In this document: piece after piece, positions 1 through 12,928 of the stretch | Position numbering within the stretch: the stretch's first letter is position 1 | Layout: every line of letters starts with the position of its first letter | Assembly (NCBI GenBank): GCA_008632985.1 | Contig: QPGO01000015.1 | Location: forward strand, 373,998-437,997 | Reading direction: 5' to 3' | Source: Psammoneis japonica | Taxonomy: Eukaryota | Length of the DNA stretch: 64,000 nucleotides | Program-made: the position numbers and the translations under genes | Notes under the pieces: model-generated | What the model was told of the DNA's origin: nothing | Database searches by the model: none | The model's input: only the letters and a program-made list of their open reading frames with translations

Positions 1-3000
1 TAGCATGTCTCATCCAACAACCATGTCAGGTTTGCCCAATGATCAGCTGTGTGTGTGGTGAACTTCACACACAAGTTCTGCAGTTGTGGACAATTCTGGC
101 AACTGGAAATTGGTGGTGTGAGAACTGTGTGCCATCTTAACTCTTTGTTTGCCAGAATAGATTAGATTGGAATTTTTTGCATGGTGTGCAGATGCACATG
201 TTTTTCATGATGTGCACCACCACACACCACAAGGGTGGTGATGCCAACAGCCACAACAGCGTTGTTGCATTTGCCATTGTTGCAGAGCCACCATGGCAGG
301 TGATGTCCTCCACCATTTTCCAGTGGCATTTTTTTATTTCAATGTTGTGGTTGCTGTCATTGCCAATTTTTCCTCTGCAACAATTTGACTGCATTCATGT
401 GGTTGCTGTTGTTGTTGCTGTGTGAGACATTCCAACTGTGAGCTGTGCTTGGAATTGTGGAAGGGGGGCAAAAGAGATGCAAGCAAGCTTTTGTTTCATG
501 GTTAAAGCAAGACATGTTGTTGTCTCTTGCATTGTCATTCAGTGCTCAACACATTTCATGTGATGCCTTGGCATCACACACTGATGCATGTTTTCTGGCT
601 ACACTCATTTGTTGCATCAGAACAAATGGAGAGCACTGTTGGTGGCATGGCAGTGAACTGTCACAGCAATGCTTTTTGTTCAGATTCAGGTGCAAGTGCT
701 GCAGGAATGGCAGGATGCATGCCAGTTTAAAGAAGTCGCTCTTCCTTTAAAAAAATCATTTGGAAACTGTTGTTGCGCGTGATGCTGTTGGATTTCAAGT
801 GTGGATGGGGGGCAAAAGCAACAGATGCAGGCAAGCTTTTGTCATTTTTCAAAGTGAGTTTACATTGTCTTTTCTTTGTTCAACAGATTCCATGCATCAC
901 ATGCCAACACACATCATTTTTTACACCTCGGCACTGCACACTGATGCATGTGGTCAAATGTCTTCATTGCCTTCTTGTTGTGCACAAGGTCTTCTTCTTG
1001 CACAGGCCTCTTCCTCCCTTTCTTTGGTTGACAGGTCTTTCCATGTGTGAGACCATGTTTGCTGAAAGAGCACCACTGCAAGGCACACACTCAATTAAGC
1101 CACAGCACAGAGTGGCGCATGTTGTGTGACAGACAATGCACGTGCACATTGCCAATTTTAAACTGGCAGTTGCTGCACTTTGTTGCACCCAACATGTGTT
1201 TTAGATGTGTTGATGGCAACAATCTTAAATTGCACTGGCAGTCTTCTGTTCAGCTTTTCTTTTCTCATTGGCTGAGGGAGCCTTGTCTGCAGTGCCTGTG
1301 GACAGACATCTCCTTCCCCATGACTTCCTTGTCAAGATGCCTCTCAGAGGATCAGGGTGCAGGACATGTTCTTTGTGCATTGCATGTGAGCTTGTGCAAG
1401 TGAACAAGAGACAAAAAGGCATTCAGTGGACAAACAGCAAAGGGCTGGTCTTCTGCAAATGGATGCAACTAAGATCAGTGGAAGCTCACCTCATTTTCTT
1501 TTGTTGGTCAGTGCAAGAAATGACGGGTGAAACAGCAGCTGCAATTTCTGATGGCACTGGAGGTCAAGCAGTGGCTGGGGGAGCCATGCAGGACTCCAAA
1601 TCAGCATTCTCCATGGCAGTGTCAAGGGAGCTGAAGGTGAGCATAAAGACATGCTTGCCATTGTCCATGTCCATCATGCCCATGCCACAAACAACCGTGA
1701 TTTTGCAATGAAAAGTGGAAAACAGCAGCACAAAAAGCAAGGGTTAGCTGAGGGAATGTGAAGTGCAAAAAAGGACAATCCAGCGTAACAGAACAACAGC
1801 GTTGTGATGCACACTTGCCCATTGTTTGACAATCCACCAGATTCCATCCTGCAAATGACAACACCATTCTGTCAATGATGGTGGCTGGTTGCACCTGTCA
1901 TGATGCAAGAAATGCTGATGCAACAGCCGGTGAGTCACAAAGTGAAAACAAGATGGCAACACAACAACACACCAAGTCAAGCCATCACAATGCACCTCGC
2001 CATGTTGGCAATCACTCCCCATGGCATCGAGGTGCTGTCAATCACAATGACTCCAAACGGCAACATGCCACATTGGTTGTCTTTGTGTTGGATGCTCTGC
2101 AATGCGCCACACAAAAAAATGCGTGCGTGTTGCTGCAAGCTGCCTGCCACTGTGTTTTTGGGGGCTGTTGTGTGACTCAAAAGACATTTGCAGCACTTGG
2201 CATCAGGCAGCATGTGCTCCTGATGCCACCATCTGGTGCTGCCTCAATTGTTTCAGGCTTGCCTTCACCATGCTTGGCATCCATGGCTGCAAACAAGATT
2301 GGCATCAGTCAGGTGTCTGTGCTTGATGTGTGTGTGGGGTTGGCCAACAAGTGATGCACTGAACCCATCTGACTTGCACTGGCCTGCTTCTCAGGTGGTG
2401 TTGTCCTCCAAATCCTCATTGGAGTCACCCAGGGACAGGGCAAAGAAGTGATTTGGTTCCTCTTTGCAAGCCTTGCACACCACCCTGCAGCTCTCAAACA
2501 CACACTCAACTCTTGCTTTTGCAGCTTTGTCAAGCTCCTCATGAGTGTGCAGTTTCTGTGTGGCTGGCTTTCCATTGCTGTTCATGTGAAACATCTTGAG
2601 ACATTTCACACCCCATGCCTCAAACTGAGACATTCTTCCACATTGTGCACCTGGCATTGTCACCACCATGCAATGCCCAGCATTTGATGCCTTTCTCTCC
2701 TGACTGGCAACCCCAGCAATTGAGGAATGTCTCCATTCCATGGCCCTGGTGCTTCCTGCGGACCTTGGCATGACTTTCCTTGCCTTTGGCAGAGACAAGT
2801 TTGGCAACAGCATGTGTCCATGGGACAAAACCCTGTGGGATCATCTGCCTTTGCCGTGTGTTTGAAGTGTTTCACTCAAATGAGTCAACTGGCAGCTCGT
2901 CTTCTGGCAATGATGCAGGTGCAAAACCATTGTCAATCACAGGCAAAAACAGCAAGATGTGGCCATTGACCTCATCCACTGGCCTTTGTGGCACAGAGTT

Positions 3001-5450
3001 GCCTGTCTTCATGCCATTTGGCTTTGGCACAAAATGTCACAGAGACAACATGCTTTTGCAGCACTGCTGCCTTGTGTGGGAAGATGCTTTTTGTGTCACC
3101 TTTGAGGCACACACCTTGAACAACACACTGGCCTCCATCTGATGCCCTTTTGATGCACCATCATCAAATGCAGTCAAGACATTGCTCATGAGCAACTGGT
3201 GCACAAGCAAAAACTTCTCCAGTCTGGTGGAACATTTTGCCCTGCCACAATGTGGCCTGCATTGTGCAGAAACACAATGATGGGTTTGCTCTTCAAACAC
3301 ACAACCCACAAAAAAGCACAGAACACTCAGCTTGTGTGTTGGACTGGCTTCATCAACTGGCAATTTCCTGAGCTCACACATCTTGTGCTCTCCTTTTGAC
3401 AGTGCCTTTTTCTCTGGATGTTCAAGCAGAGATGGCAGCTCAACCTGCTTTTTCATGGTTGGCTGACTTGCTGGTGCTGGTTTCAATGAGACATCATTGT
3501 GACCTTGCACATTTGCAGCAGCAATGTTGGTGTGCCTTGTGCACTGTCAGGTGATGAAAACAACAGGTTGTCACAAGTTGCGCCATGTTGTGGAGTTCAT
3601 GAGACCAGCTTGTTTCTGAAAAAAATTGTGTGAATGGGGAGTTGTGCAAATTCCCTGTTGAATTGCTCTTTGGATCACATGTGGCCAACTGTGCCAAAGT
3701 TTCTCCAACTCCATTTGCACACATGATCATGAATGCATGCACCACATGCCACTCTTGTGCAACATCATGATTGCATTGATGGCCTGTCAATGCACACACA
3801 CCACATGCACAGATGCTCACACTGCTGCAGCTCTTGACAGTGATGGCAGCATGCTTTCTTCATGTCCCAGCTGTCTTCTTTCCAGCTGCAATGCCTTGAC
3901 AGATTGATCTGGTTTCAGATCATTGTGTGCTGGATTGACCCCCATCTTTGGAGCTTCTCACACTGGCCAGCCAAAAAAAGCCATGCCACATTTTCCAGTT
4001 TGGCAACTCCACCATCTCACTTGTGCACAATCATTTGGTGTGCATGAAGTTGGCGACCTGTGGCAAGGCATCACCACAATCAAGCATCTCCCAGTGTTCA
4101 TCTCCATCTGATTTTTTGCTGTGATTGTGAGCCCCATTTCTGGAAACAGCCTGTGAAGATGTGAGCACCACCATGGGTGGGAGGAATCCAGCTCCACTGG
4201 GAGCCAGGGTGGCATTTGGTTCTTTTGTTTGCACTGGAGAGATTGGCGCTGTCACCTTTCTGTCTGCAACAGCTCTTTCTTCTTTCAACAATTGCAGAGC
4301 ATCTTGCCATAAAAAATGGCAGTGCTCAACTCCGCATTTGCCACCATGACAAGTGACAACACACCCAGCAGCATTGCAACAGCCCCCCACTTGCACCATT
4401 TTGGACCACATGAGAAAGTCAATGAAGTCAATGTCATGTGCACCTCTGATTGGCAAGAAAGACATTGAAAGCCTCTTCCATTGAGCGCCCACCCAAGATG
4501 CTGGTGTTGATCTTGCCAGCAACATGACTCAGAGCACTTGCAACAGAGCATTTGCAGAGATTGCCAAATCTTCCTTGGCATGCAATTTTCAGGCCTGGAC
4601 AGGCTCTTGTCTCCATTGCCCACAGTTTGCAGCCATCAAAGCTGTTGATTGTGGGCTGTTCAAAGCAGCAAAATTGCCTTGGTCAGCAACAGAGAGTCTT
4701 TTTGCAAAACAATCTCTGGGTGGGTTCTTTGTGCCATTGTTGACAGCTGGCTGATGCCAGCAATGGCACTTGTGTCATGGGAGCCCTGCAGCAGGGGAGA
4801 CATGCAACCCAAAAGTGCTCACTCTGCAAAAGCTGCACAAGCTCAGGCTCGCTCCACTGAGTGTGTGTCTTGACATGACTGTGTGTCTCAACTGTGGGTG
4901 ACTCGTGTCATGAGCATTGCAGACTCATCTGGCTCCTGAGGACATGTCTGGTGAGCAAAAGCTTCTGCTCATAGAAGACAACATTTGTGCATGTGTGTGA
5001 AGAGAGAGCACATTTCACAGGATGAGTCTTTTCATGACAACACATGTGCCAGCCCAGGTGAGCAGCTCTCACAGCTGTCAACAAGAACAGCAAAGTTTGC
5101 AGCTGCTCAATGCCCCTTTCCCTGCTTTTGTGGCACATGAAAAAGGAGCAGGGGGTGAGCTGGGTTGTGAACAGGAGATGAAGTGCCTTGGGTTGCTCAG
5201 TCATCTCCAAGGTGAGCGAGCCAAGGATCAAGGAGAACCTTCATCAAATGCAGCCAGCCGCACACCAGAGGGTGAAATGCAGAGAAATGAATGAGCCAGC
5301 TCACAAAAAGAGCAAAACAGCCAAGAACCCAGAGAGATGCTGGAGCTTGCGGCTCATTTGTTTCTTCATTGTTTCATCACTTCTCATGGAATCACAAGGG
5401 AATAGAATGGACTTGTTTCTGTGCGAGTTTTTGCGACGTCAACATGCCAT
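1..5450. other. TpA- and CpG-depleted, CA/TG-rich hypermutated block (decayed repeat/TE DNA, family not identified)
   Basis: Only about 20 TA dinucleotides in 5.4 kb by manual scan, mostly TTAA/TTAG/CTAA. CpG is rare. Overlapping Cys/His-rich ORFs contain almost no Tyr. Confidence 0.85.
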
Positions 5451-5775
5451 CGGACCAAGGTTGGTTTGAAAGCGCAGCAAAACTACATCACGGGTGGTGT
5501 CTTGGAATGCAAAAGCCCGTCACTGCCTGGCGTGTGTCATCTGCGAGGGCGGGCCCAAAGCGATCAAGCGTTGCGCTCGACTCACTCATGATGATCCGTG
5601 AATTGGACTGGAGAAGGGCTCGAAGAGCTGGAGGAACAAGCCGAAGACAATGAAGATGGCGAAACGGCCAGTCGTAAGTTTAATCCGGACAACAAGTGTG
5701 AACTTGTATGGGCGGGAATGGCTTCGAAACAGATGTTCTCGACTTACACCTTTCAATCCTGTGAAACAACGACAA
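5240..5775 (+). pseudogene. PRP3: Frameshifted fragment of U4/U6 snRNP protein Prp3 (C-terminal part)
   Basis: Across frames reads HRTKVGLKAQQNYITGGVLECK..ACVICEGGPKAIKR..NWTGEGLEE..KFNPDNKCELVWAGMASKQMFSTYTFQSCET, which resembles the Prp3 C-terminal domain. It has frameshifts and no intact start. Confidence 0.75.
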
Positions 5776-7902
5776 CACAATATGCAACGACATCGCAAGC
5801 GCTACGACCGTCATCGCAGTCTATTGACATGCGTACGGAATAACTTACACGCAAATAAGGAATACTATCTGGTACTTTTAGTTTTTCTACTTCTATTGTA
5901 AAGGTTCAAAGAGTGTTTCAATAAAATTGAGACACACCAATGTCAAAAGTTGATATAGAAATCGGTTGCGTAGGGTGACGTTGCCTCAAGAGCTCCATCA
6001 AAAGATGGCGCTCAAGCTTTTACGTATCTTCAGAGAGAAAAATATCACTCAAAAAAAGTAAAAGGGGGGACGTACTACGGAGACAACAAGAAAACTTGCG
6101 AGTCAACCGCGTTCTAAATCAACACTCCCTACGAGTGAAGACTTACCGTATCATGTCAATGATACGACAGAACCCCAAACCTGTGTTCCGTCAACAGTAT
6201 GATCTGCTCGGCGAGCTTTTGCTGCTTCACAGACGAACGCTGCTGCCTATTTCAACAGCCGTGACCTGACGGGTCAAGCGAACAGGCAACTTCCTACGCT
6301 CAAAGACACGAGAGTGACATGGACTCAAGGCCGGAGAGACGCATTCGATTTGCCCCGACCTCCGGACTTAACTGGCAACACCTACGCCACCTAGAGACAA
6401 CACGCCATCAAGCTAAATGAGTTGGGGAATGCCAAACGAATGCAAGGTCTCAATCCAGAGGAAGGGCGAGCCATCCTTGGCGATAGCGGCATTCCGGCTT
6501 GGCAAACAACAAGCACATGGTGCGAGACGACGAGTTGTGATCGAAACGAAAGAATTTCCGAGACAGAGATTTGTTTGTTTCGTGACCGTTGCTAAATTTT
6601 TCAATCACTATCATTTTGTGTGTATCTTTGTAGAATTACTACCATGATTTCGTATGTAAAAGATTCGTGGGAACTCGGTACTTTCCAAATTATTACTAAT
6701 TCCTACGTACACTTTACGGTAACCGTCGAAAATGCAAAAGACTTGCCGAGCGACTGACTGACGGAAAAATCTTCAAATTTCCAAATCCATCTGGAAATCC
6801 AAATTTGAAAATCGCCATCGTCCCCCACCCCCCACCGCATACCCCCACAGCAAATTTGATGTTGAAGAGCACAGAATCAGATGATGATGAAGGTCCAAGT
6901 GAACACAGATTGAAGATAGAAAAACGGAATATTTATCTGAAGAGAAAAAGAAATCGAGACTCTCTAGAGTAAGAGTCAACTGAGAAGAATGCAGAGTGAA
7001 GTAGAGATATATTTGTCGAGTCGCCGTCGTCAGCGGATCCGGAGCTGACGCAATCGCGATCTGCTCGCATTCGAGCTATATCCATCGCGAACGCGTAGAG
7101 AAATTGGACGGGACTATATTCTCCTATTGATCGATGGCCATTTCTTTTAAGTTGCGCTTTTTTGGTGATTACCAATGTTGCATTCTCTTTCTTGTTGCTC
7201 GTGGGGTGGTAATGTGTGAGCCTTGTACGGATTGTGAACCTCGAAAGCTTTGGTTACAATTGGTCTATTCAAGTGCTTACTGGTTTGTTCACGTACATGG
7301 TGAGAGTCTTATTGCCCTGGAGAATGGCCAACTTTTGGTACACTGTTGGTTGCGGTTTACGGAAGAACACTCCAGGCCTCGATCTCTACGTCCTACCCAC
7401 CAAAGACATTTGGAACGTAGGTGTCTTCGAACTGTCTTCTTGTTTGTTTGGATTGATTGGCGTATTGATATGTACAATGTTTCGTCTCTCGTCTCTTAGC
7501 CCTTGTTCCTTCTTTAAAAGCGTGCGACTAATCTACTGCTGCTATGAGCTTCAGGCAGAACATGGATTAGAGGTTACTACATTTTTTTAAGATGAGTTTC
7601 ACGTTTGCATTTCTGGCCTTCATATAGATGTCATTGGAGACCGTCAGATTACGACGGGCGAATCCAGGGTTCTTTGCGGATGGAGAGTCTCCCGCCGACA
7701 TGGTTAAGAAACACTGGAAAAGGTATTGTTGCCGCATGTTGAATGTGTGGGAAAGCTGAAGATGAAAAACAGTGACGCTGAAATGGAAATTGCAGAAAGT
7801 GACCTGGGCTACTTTCTTGGACTAGCTGTGAGTTTATCGCCTATTTTCAATTTTATCATAAAATAGATATTGTGAATAATGAGAAAACATGTTTTTGGAG
7901 CT

Positions 7903-10900
7903 TCACTTTTTCTTTTTCGTCCTTCGGTTGTTTTGCGCCTCCTTTAATTTCGTTTGTAACGCTTCTGAAGCACGAGCGTCTTTCTTATTCTTGACTGGAC
8001 CTTTGCTGATGGGTGTGGTGAGAAGCGCGCCATTGATAATGGTTCGATACGTGCTTCCCTTCCCATCAATCGTTCTTCCGTGGGACGTTTGAACCTTGTT
8101 GATTTGCGCGTCCAAAAATGCCATATCGTCTAGTTCATCCAACTCGTGATCAGTATCTTTTGTCGACGCTCCGCCACCAAGCTTTTGGGCATTCTTCTTT
8201 TTTGCTTTTTTCTTCTTCTTTGGTTTCGGTTGCCCTTTACATTGAGACTCCTTGCTTTGAACAGCGGCCGAGGCACGAGCAGCTCTTTCTTTCGCCAAGT
8301 CGCCCAAGAGACTGTTCATTCCTGACTTTGATGGATTATTTGTCTTCACTTCCGCATGAACTTTCTCTTCTTTATCGTCTTCTGAATCGACATCCTCGCC
8401 CAATTCTAACGCTGTAAACGCTGACATGGCCATTGCCGGCTCCTCCCCGAAAGCATCATCATTGGAAGCATGACTCGCATCACCCGGCGGCGTGACTGAC
8501 TCTTCTAGCTCATTCTCGGGAGTAACTTCAGATGCCTCTGCTTCTTCCACGGTTGCGGCAGCTTCTGGTTTAGGAATCGTCACCTTGATGCGACGGTTCT
8601 TGCCTTCCGTGCCTTCACTGACGTGTTCCAGATGCAGTTCCTCCGCGATCTCGTGTACGAGCTTTCTATCAAGCTTGGACAGCTCAGTACTCAAGATCAT
8701 CTCGGCGCCTGGTTCATGGCTAGAGACAAACTCTTGAATCGTTGTTCGCAAGGCAACCTTTTGGTCCTCGGCACTCGGTGCTTTGTATGCAGCTTCGCTT
8801 CGAGGCTTGACCGGCTTCGTCGTCGTATCCGCCTTTGTTGCATCCTCCATGATTCTTTCCAAGTCCAACTCGGCTTGTGCGAGATCACACGCATATTGGC
8901 CCTCCACTGAATCAGACATGAGTTCGAATGCCGAGCGCTGTTCTCCGTGCTCTTCGATCCAGTCGATCAAGTTCTTCAAAAACGGACTCTGGGATACAGT
9001 GTCGGTGTCGGCGACCACACAACAGTGTCGCTTGGCTCGGGTGACAGCGACATTCAGACGTCGATCGTCCTTGAGAAACCCAATACCCTTGATCCCTCCC
9101 CGATTGCTGCTACGGACAAGACTCAGAACAACCGCCTCCCGCTCGCCTCCCTGGAATCCGTCTACCGAACGAATCTGAAGCTTTGGTGCGTCGGGCAGAA
9201 GAGCCAAACGAAGAATCTCGACTTGAACATTGTAGGGAGTAATCACGACAATCTGATCTTGCTGAACACCCATTTCAATCAGCTTTTGGACGTGCTGAAT
9301 GACCAGCTGAGCCTCTCCTTCGTTGAAGCGGGACCCAGCAGCATTCTCGGACTCGTGCATATCACACCCCGCAGTGTCAATCAGCAATAGCGGTGTTTCC
9401 TCCAGTCCACAAGTATCATCCAAACCGACGCCAACGGGGGTTGTTCCATTCAACTGTACAAGAGTCCGGTCCCTGACAGTTTCGTGTGTCGCTAGTTGTC
9501 CATGATAAAGCGCCTGACTTGCCCAATTCGCAATCCTTTCGTGCATGCGATACTGAACCTTGAGCATCCGCGAAACACGGCCTCCACCACTGGTGTCTCC
9601 ATACAATTGCATGACGCGTTCAAACATGGTAACAGCTAGTCCTTTCTGTACAATAGGATCGTTGCTTTGGATAGTCGGTGGTAGCTGACAATGATCTCCT
9701 GCCAGGACCAGTTTTGTTCCTGCCTGTAGTGCAGGGATCCAACAAGCAGCTTCCAACGCCTGCGCGGCCTCGTCGATCACAACCATATCGAATTGTTGAT
9801 CCCGTAGCAACTTTTGATTTGCCGCTCCAACACACGTGGCGAGGACAACGTGTGCATTGTCCATGAGCTCCTGCACTACCCGTTCTTCCCGCGTCCGCAG
9901 TTCTTTCCGAAGTACCTTGACTTCACGGTATGCCAGGCGCTTGTCCCCGCCCCGGCCATTTAGTATTTTCAAATAGGACTGTAGTTCGGAACGAACGTCA
10001 TTAACAATCTCGGTTCCATCCGCACCTTGTACAAGTGCCTCCAGGCTGTAGGGCAAGATGGAAGTTTGCAATCGCGCGGGATGTCCAAGGCGCACCACCT
10101 TGAGCCGCTGTCTTTTCTTATTGCGACTTGTCTTCTCACCAACCAGCTTGCTCAACACGTTATCCACCGCAACGTTGCTAGGAGCTGTCACCAGTACCTT
10201 CCATCCATGTAGCTTGACCGCTTGTTGAATAAGTTCAACGACGGTAGTCGTCTTTCCCGTTCCTGGCTGTAAAGAAATGAGTTAGTATCGAATCGTCCGT
10301 GTCAAACTCGATTTGCCTTGAAATCTGAAAGTACCGGTCCGTGAATCAACGAAATGGGTTGACTCGTTGATAGAGAATTGGAAATAGCTTCTCTCTGACT
10401 CGAGTCTAGATTCTGATTGATTGGGTGAAAGTCCTGTAACGGAACAGATTCTGGGTTTGCGGGAACGTCAAAAAGTGCCTTCACAATCTTGGATGCAACT
10501 GGATGGCCCGCGCCCTTGCTATCGAGTTCATCCAGAGCACTGACAATTTTACGATGCACTTCAATGTTGCTTCGAGGAAGTAACGAATAGGGAGGATTTC
10601 CTATTGCCGTTTCTTCACTATCGTCGTCATCGGCTTTCTGTGTTTTGTTCTTTTTTGCTTGAAACAACGCGACAGAGATGGACCTGTCTGACACTGCGCT
10701 AACCACTCCAGAACTGTTGTTGCTGCTGCTGTTTCCACTTCGAATCTCTACTTCATCTCCCGTGGTGAACTTATGAGCAGGTAAAAGAGCATCGTCGTCC
10801 TTGGAAAACTCCACCACGGTACGTCCATACAATCCAACAGAGACGTCGGCCGAGCTCAATTGATGGAGGACATGAGACTTCTTATCTTCAGAATCTGATT

Positions 10901-10970
10901 CACTGTGCAACTCAACTTCTAGCCATTCTCGCTGCTGTTTGCAAAAGTCATGGATGGCGGCATCTGTCAT
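7903..10970 (-). CDS. IGHMBP2: IGHMBP2/HCS1-like SF1 (Upf1-family) helicase with R3H domain; exons 10970-10335 and 10266-7903
   Basis: Splicing a 68-nt GT-AG intron gives GPPGTGKT. Also TAPSNVAVDN, IDEAAQ, GDHCQLPP, QYRM, SVDGFQGGE, RRLNVAVTRAK, and an R3H motif (DRKLVHEIAE). Confidence 0.93.
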
Positions 10971-11168
10971 GATTGAGCAACGTCGTGTACCTCGTAGGGC
11001 CCTACTCTAGAAATGCTCCGCCATGGTCTTCTCTCGTTGCGCATTATTTCTCCAGCGACTTGCGCGCATCACGCATCAGAGGGATTTTTTTCATTTTTTT
11101 GTTCCATCAAGACGAATTCAAATTCAGCCTCGATGGCGGTCATTTGCCGTACTGTACTTTGTATCGAC

Positions 11169-11810
11169 ATGGCGCATAATACCAACTCAAACCAATGCAG
11201 CCCTTTGGCGCTTCATAATGACGACGACTTTAAAAAGAGTCCGTCTCAATACGACTGGGATATAATTGAGAACGGTGCGGATTCCGCGGATCGCCGCAAC
11301 GGCGTTGGCGCGATGCTTGCCGCGGCAAATGCCAAGAGTTCGCCGACAAGTGCTGCAAGCTCTACTGATAATAGTGATGAGCATGAGTCTATGGATTACG
11401 ATGCTCGAGATGATGACAAGGAGAACCGCTGGAAAAGTACCGCAACCCATGCACCCGTTCCATGAAGACGATGAGGACGATGATGACGATGACGAGTTGG
11501 AGGGGGATTATTCGGGTTCCCTCGTTACCACCCAAGCCCAAACTCGTCAAAGAGGTGACGCTGAGCGAGCCTCCAAAGGATGTGAAGGCTGCAAAGAAAC
11601 AAGGCGTGGCGAAATTGCACGCCGAGCTCCGCAAAGCTCATGATGTGTACAACACCCTGTTTCCGCAGTATGAGTTGGAGCATTCCTGCCTGTCACAAGT
11701 GTGCCCCGCTGCAAAGGATTCTGAAAAGTTGCAATGGCAACTGGTCCAGGTTTGAGAGATTGCAACAGGACAACAAGCGCATAAATTCAATGAATGCTTC
11801 CACTTTGGTG
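11169..11810 (+). pseudogene. Possible hypothetical gene, frameshifted, divergent from IGHMBP2
   Basis: Protein-like acidic and Lys-rich segments lie in successive frames (11013-11465, 11462-11755). No recognisable domain. Confidence 0.3.
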
Positions 11811-11944
11811 CAAATTACAGTTTCGAGTTGGGCATGTCAATCAACTTACAGTATCTCGTTCAACCAAGCTGCATTTCTTCTTTAGTGGTGGCCAACAACA
11901 ATCCAAAACTTAAAATGTAAAACCGTTGACAGGCAATCGCCGTT

Positions 11945-12100
11945 GCTCTAGCTTCTATTCAGACCACCACTGCCAGCTAGCAGCAGCTACTACTCTCTAT
12001 GTTGCTCTCTGGCTTCTAGTTCTATTTACATAGACCATCACTACTAGCTAGCTAGTAGTAGCAACTATCTACTCTACTAGAGTAGAGAGAAGAGTAGTGC
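11945..12100. repeat. CTA/TAG/AG-rich low-complexity patch
   Basis: ctactagctagctagtagtagc..ctactagagtagagagaagagtag. Confidence 0.7.
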
Positions 12101-12449
12101 CGATACAATTCACTACACATTAGACTACGTTACCACGAGATTTGCTTCCCGGTACGGGGAGGTACAAAGAGCAATTCGATTTGTGTAGCATCTTGGTATG
12201 TTTCTACCATTTCATTTCTTCAGTAGAAGCGTACGAGTTAGCCAAGTACTGACGAACAATGCGCTATTCTACACCACACTACAACACGTAAATACAAATC
12301 TACAGCTAATACAAGTTCTATCTGTTACATCTACTCTAGCTAGACTTGGAAGCCGCAGTGGCGGTACGCGGACTCCACATCCGTGTGCGTGAAAAATGGT
12401 CCTCACCCCAGAAAAGGCGGTCGTCCAAACTAGCAGAAAGGTGTTGTAC

Positions 12450-12620
12450 ACTAGATAGTTCCACAGTAACTCAATTGGGTTCATCTCAGCTGGGAGGAGC
12501 ACGAGGCCAACTCGAAAGTTGTCCCACAACAGCTCATCCAAAATGCCATTGTCACCAGCAACGTGGATCTGTGCATTGTCACAAACAAGCACGTCTTCTT
12601 GGTGGCTTTGCGTGAAAAAA
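12450..12620 (-). mobile_element. Tc1/IS630 (DDE_3) transposase remnant
   Basis: DVLVCDNAQIH...LW...LLPAEMNPIELLW matches the 'DNA.IH ... PELNPIE.W' DD34E motifs. Truncated. Confidence 0.75.
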
Positions 12621-12928
12621 GGCTTCTCTCTGTCCAAGTCTGCTCCCTCTGTTGGTGCATGTACGGCCGGTAATGCTCTAGCCCTGCAGCACTTGTGACT
12701 GAACAGGAAAAGCAAAGCGGGGTTGGAGTTTCAGTTCCATAGATTTGCATTATGTTATGTGGCTACTGGTTCAAAGAAATAGATGATGATCCCTTGTGTA
12801 CTACTATACATGGCTCTTGTTTGTTTCACACGAGATTGCAAATATGAGTCTCGTCGTCATTGTTGTATATCCCCAAAACAGAGCATTCCTACCCAAGTTC
12901 CCAAATTCTTGATAAAGTATGGTAGGTT

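Noticed and set aside
137..5300. Dozens of overlapping Cys/His-rich ORFs (also in 37000-49400 and 54200-62700)
   Set aside because: They are an artefact of TAA/TAG depletion: present in all six frames, almost no Tyr, no coherent domain.
5900..7880. Short ORFs between the PRP3 fragment and IGHMBP2
   Set aside because: Frequent stops, no recognisable domain and no consistent splice model.
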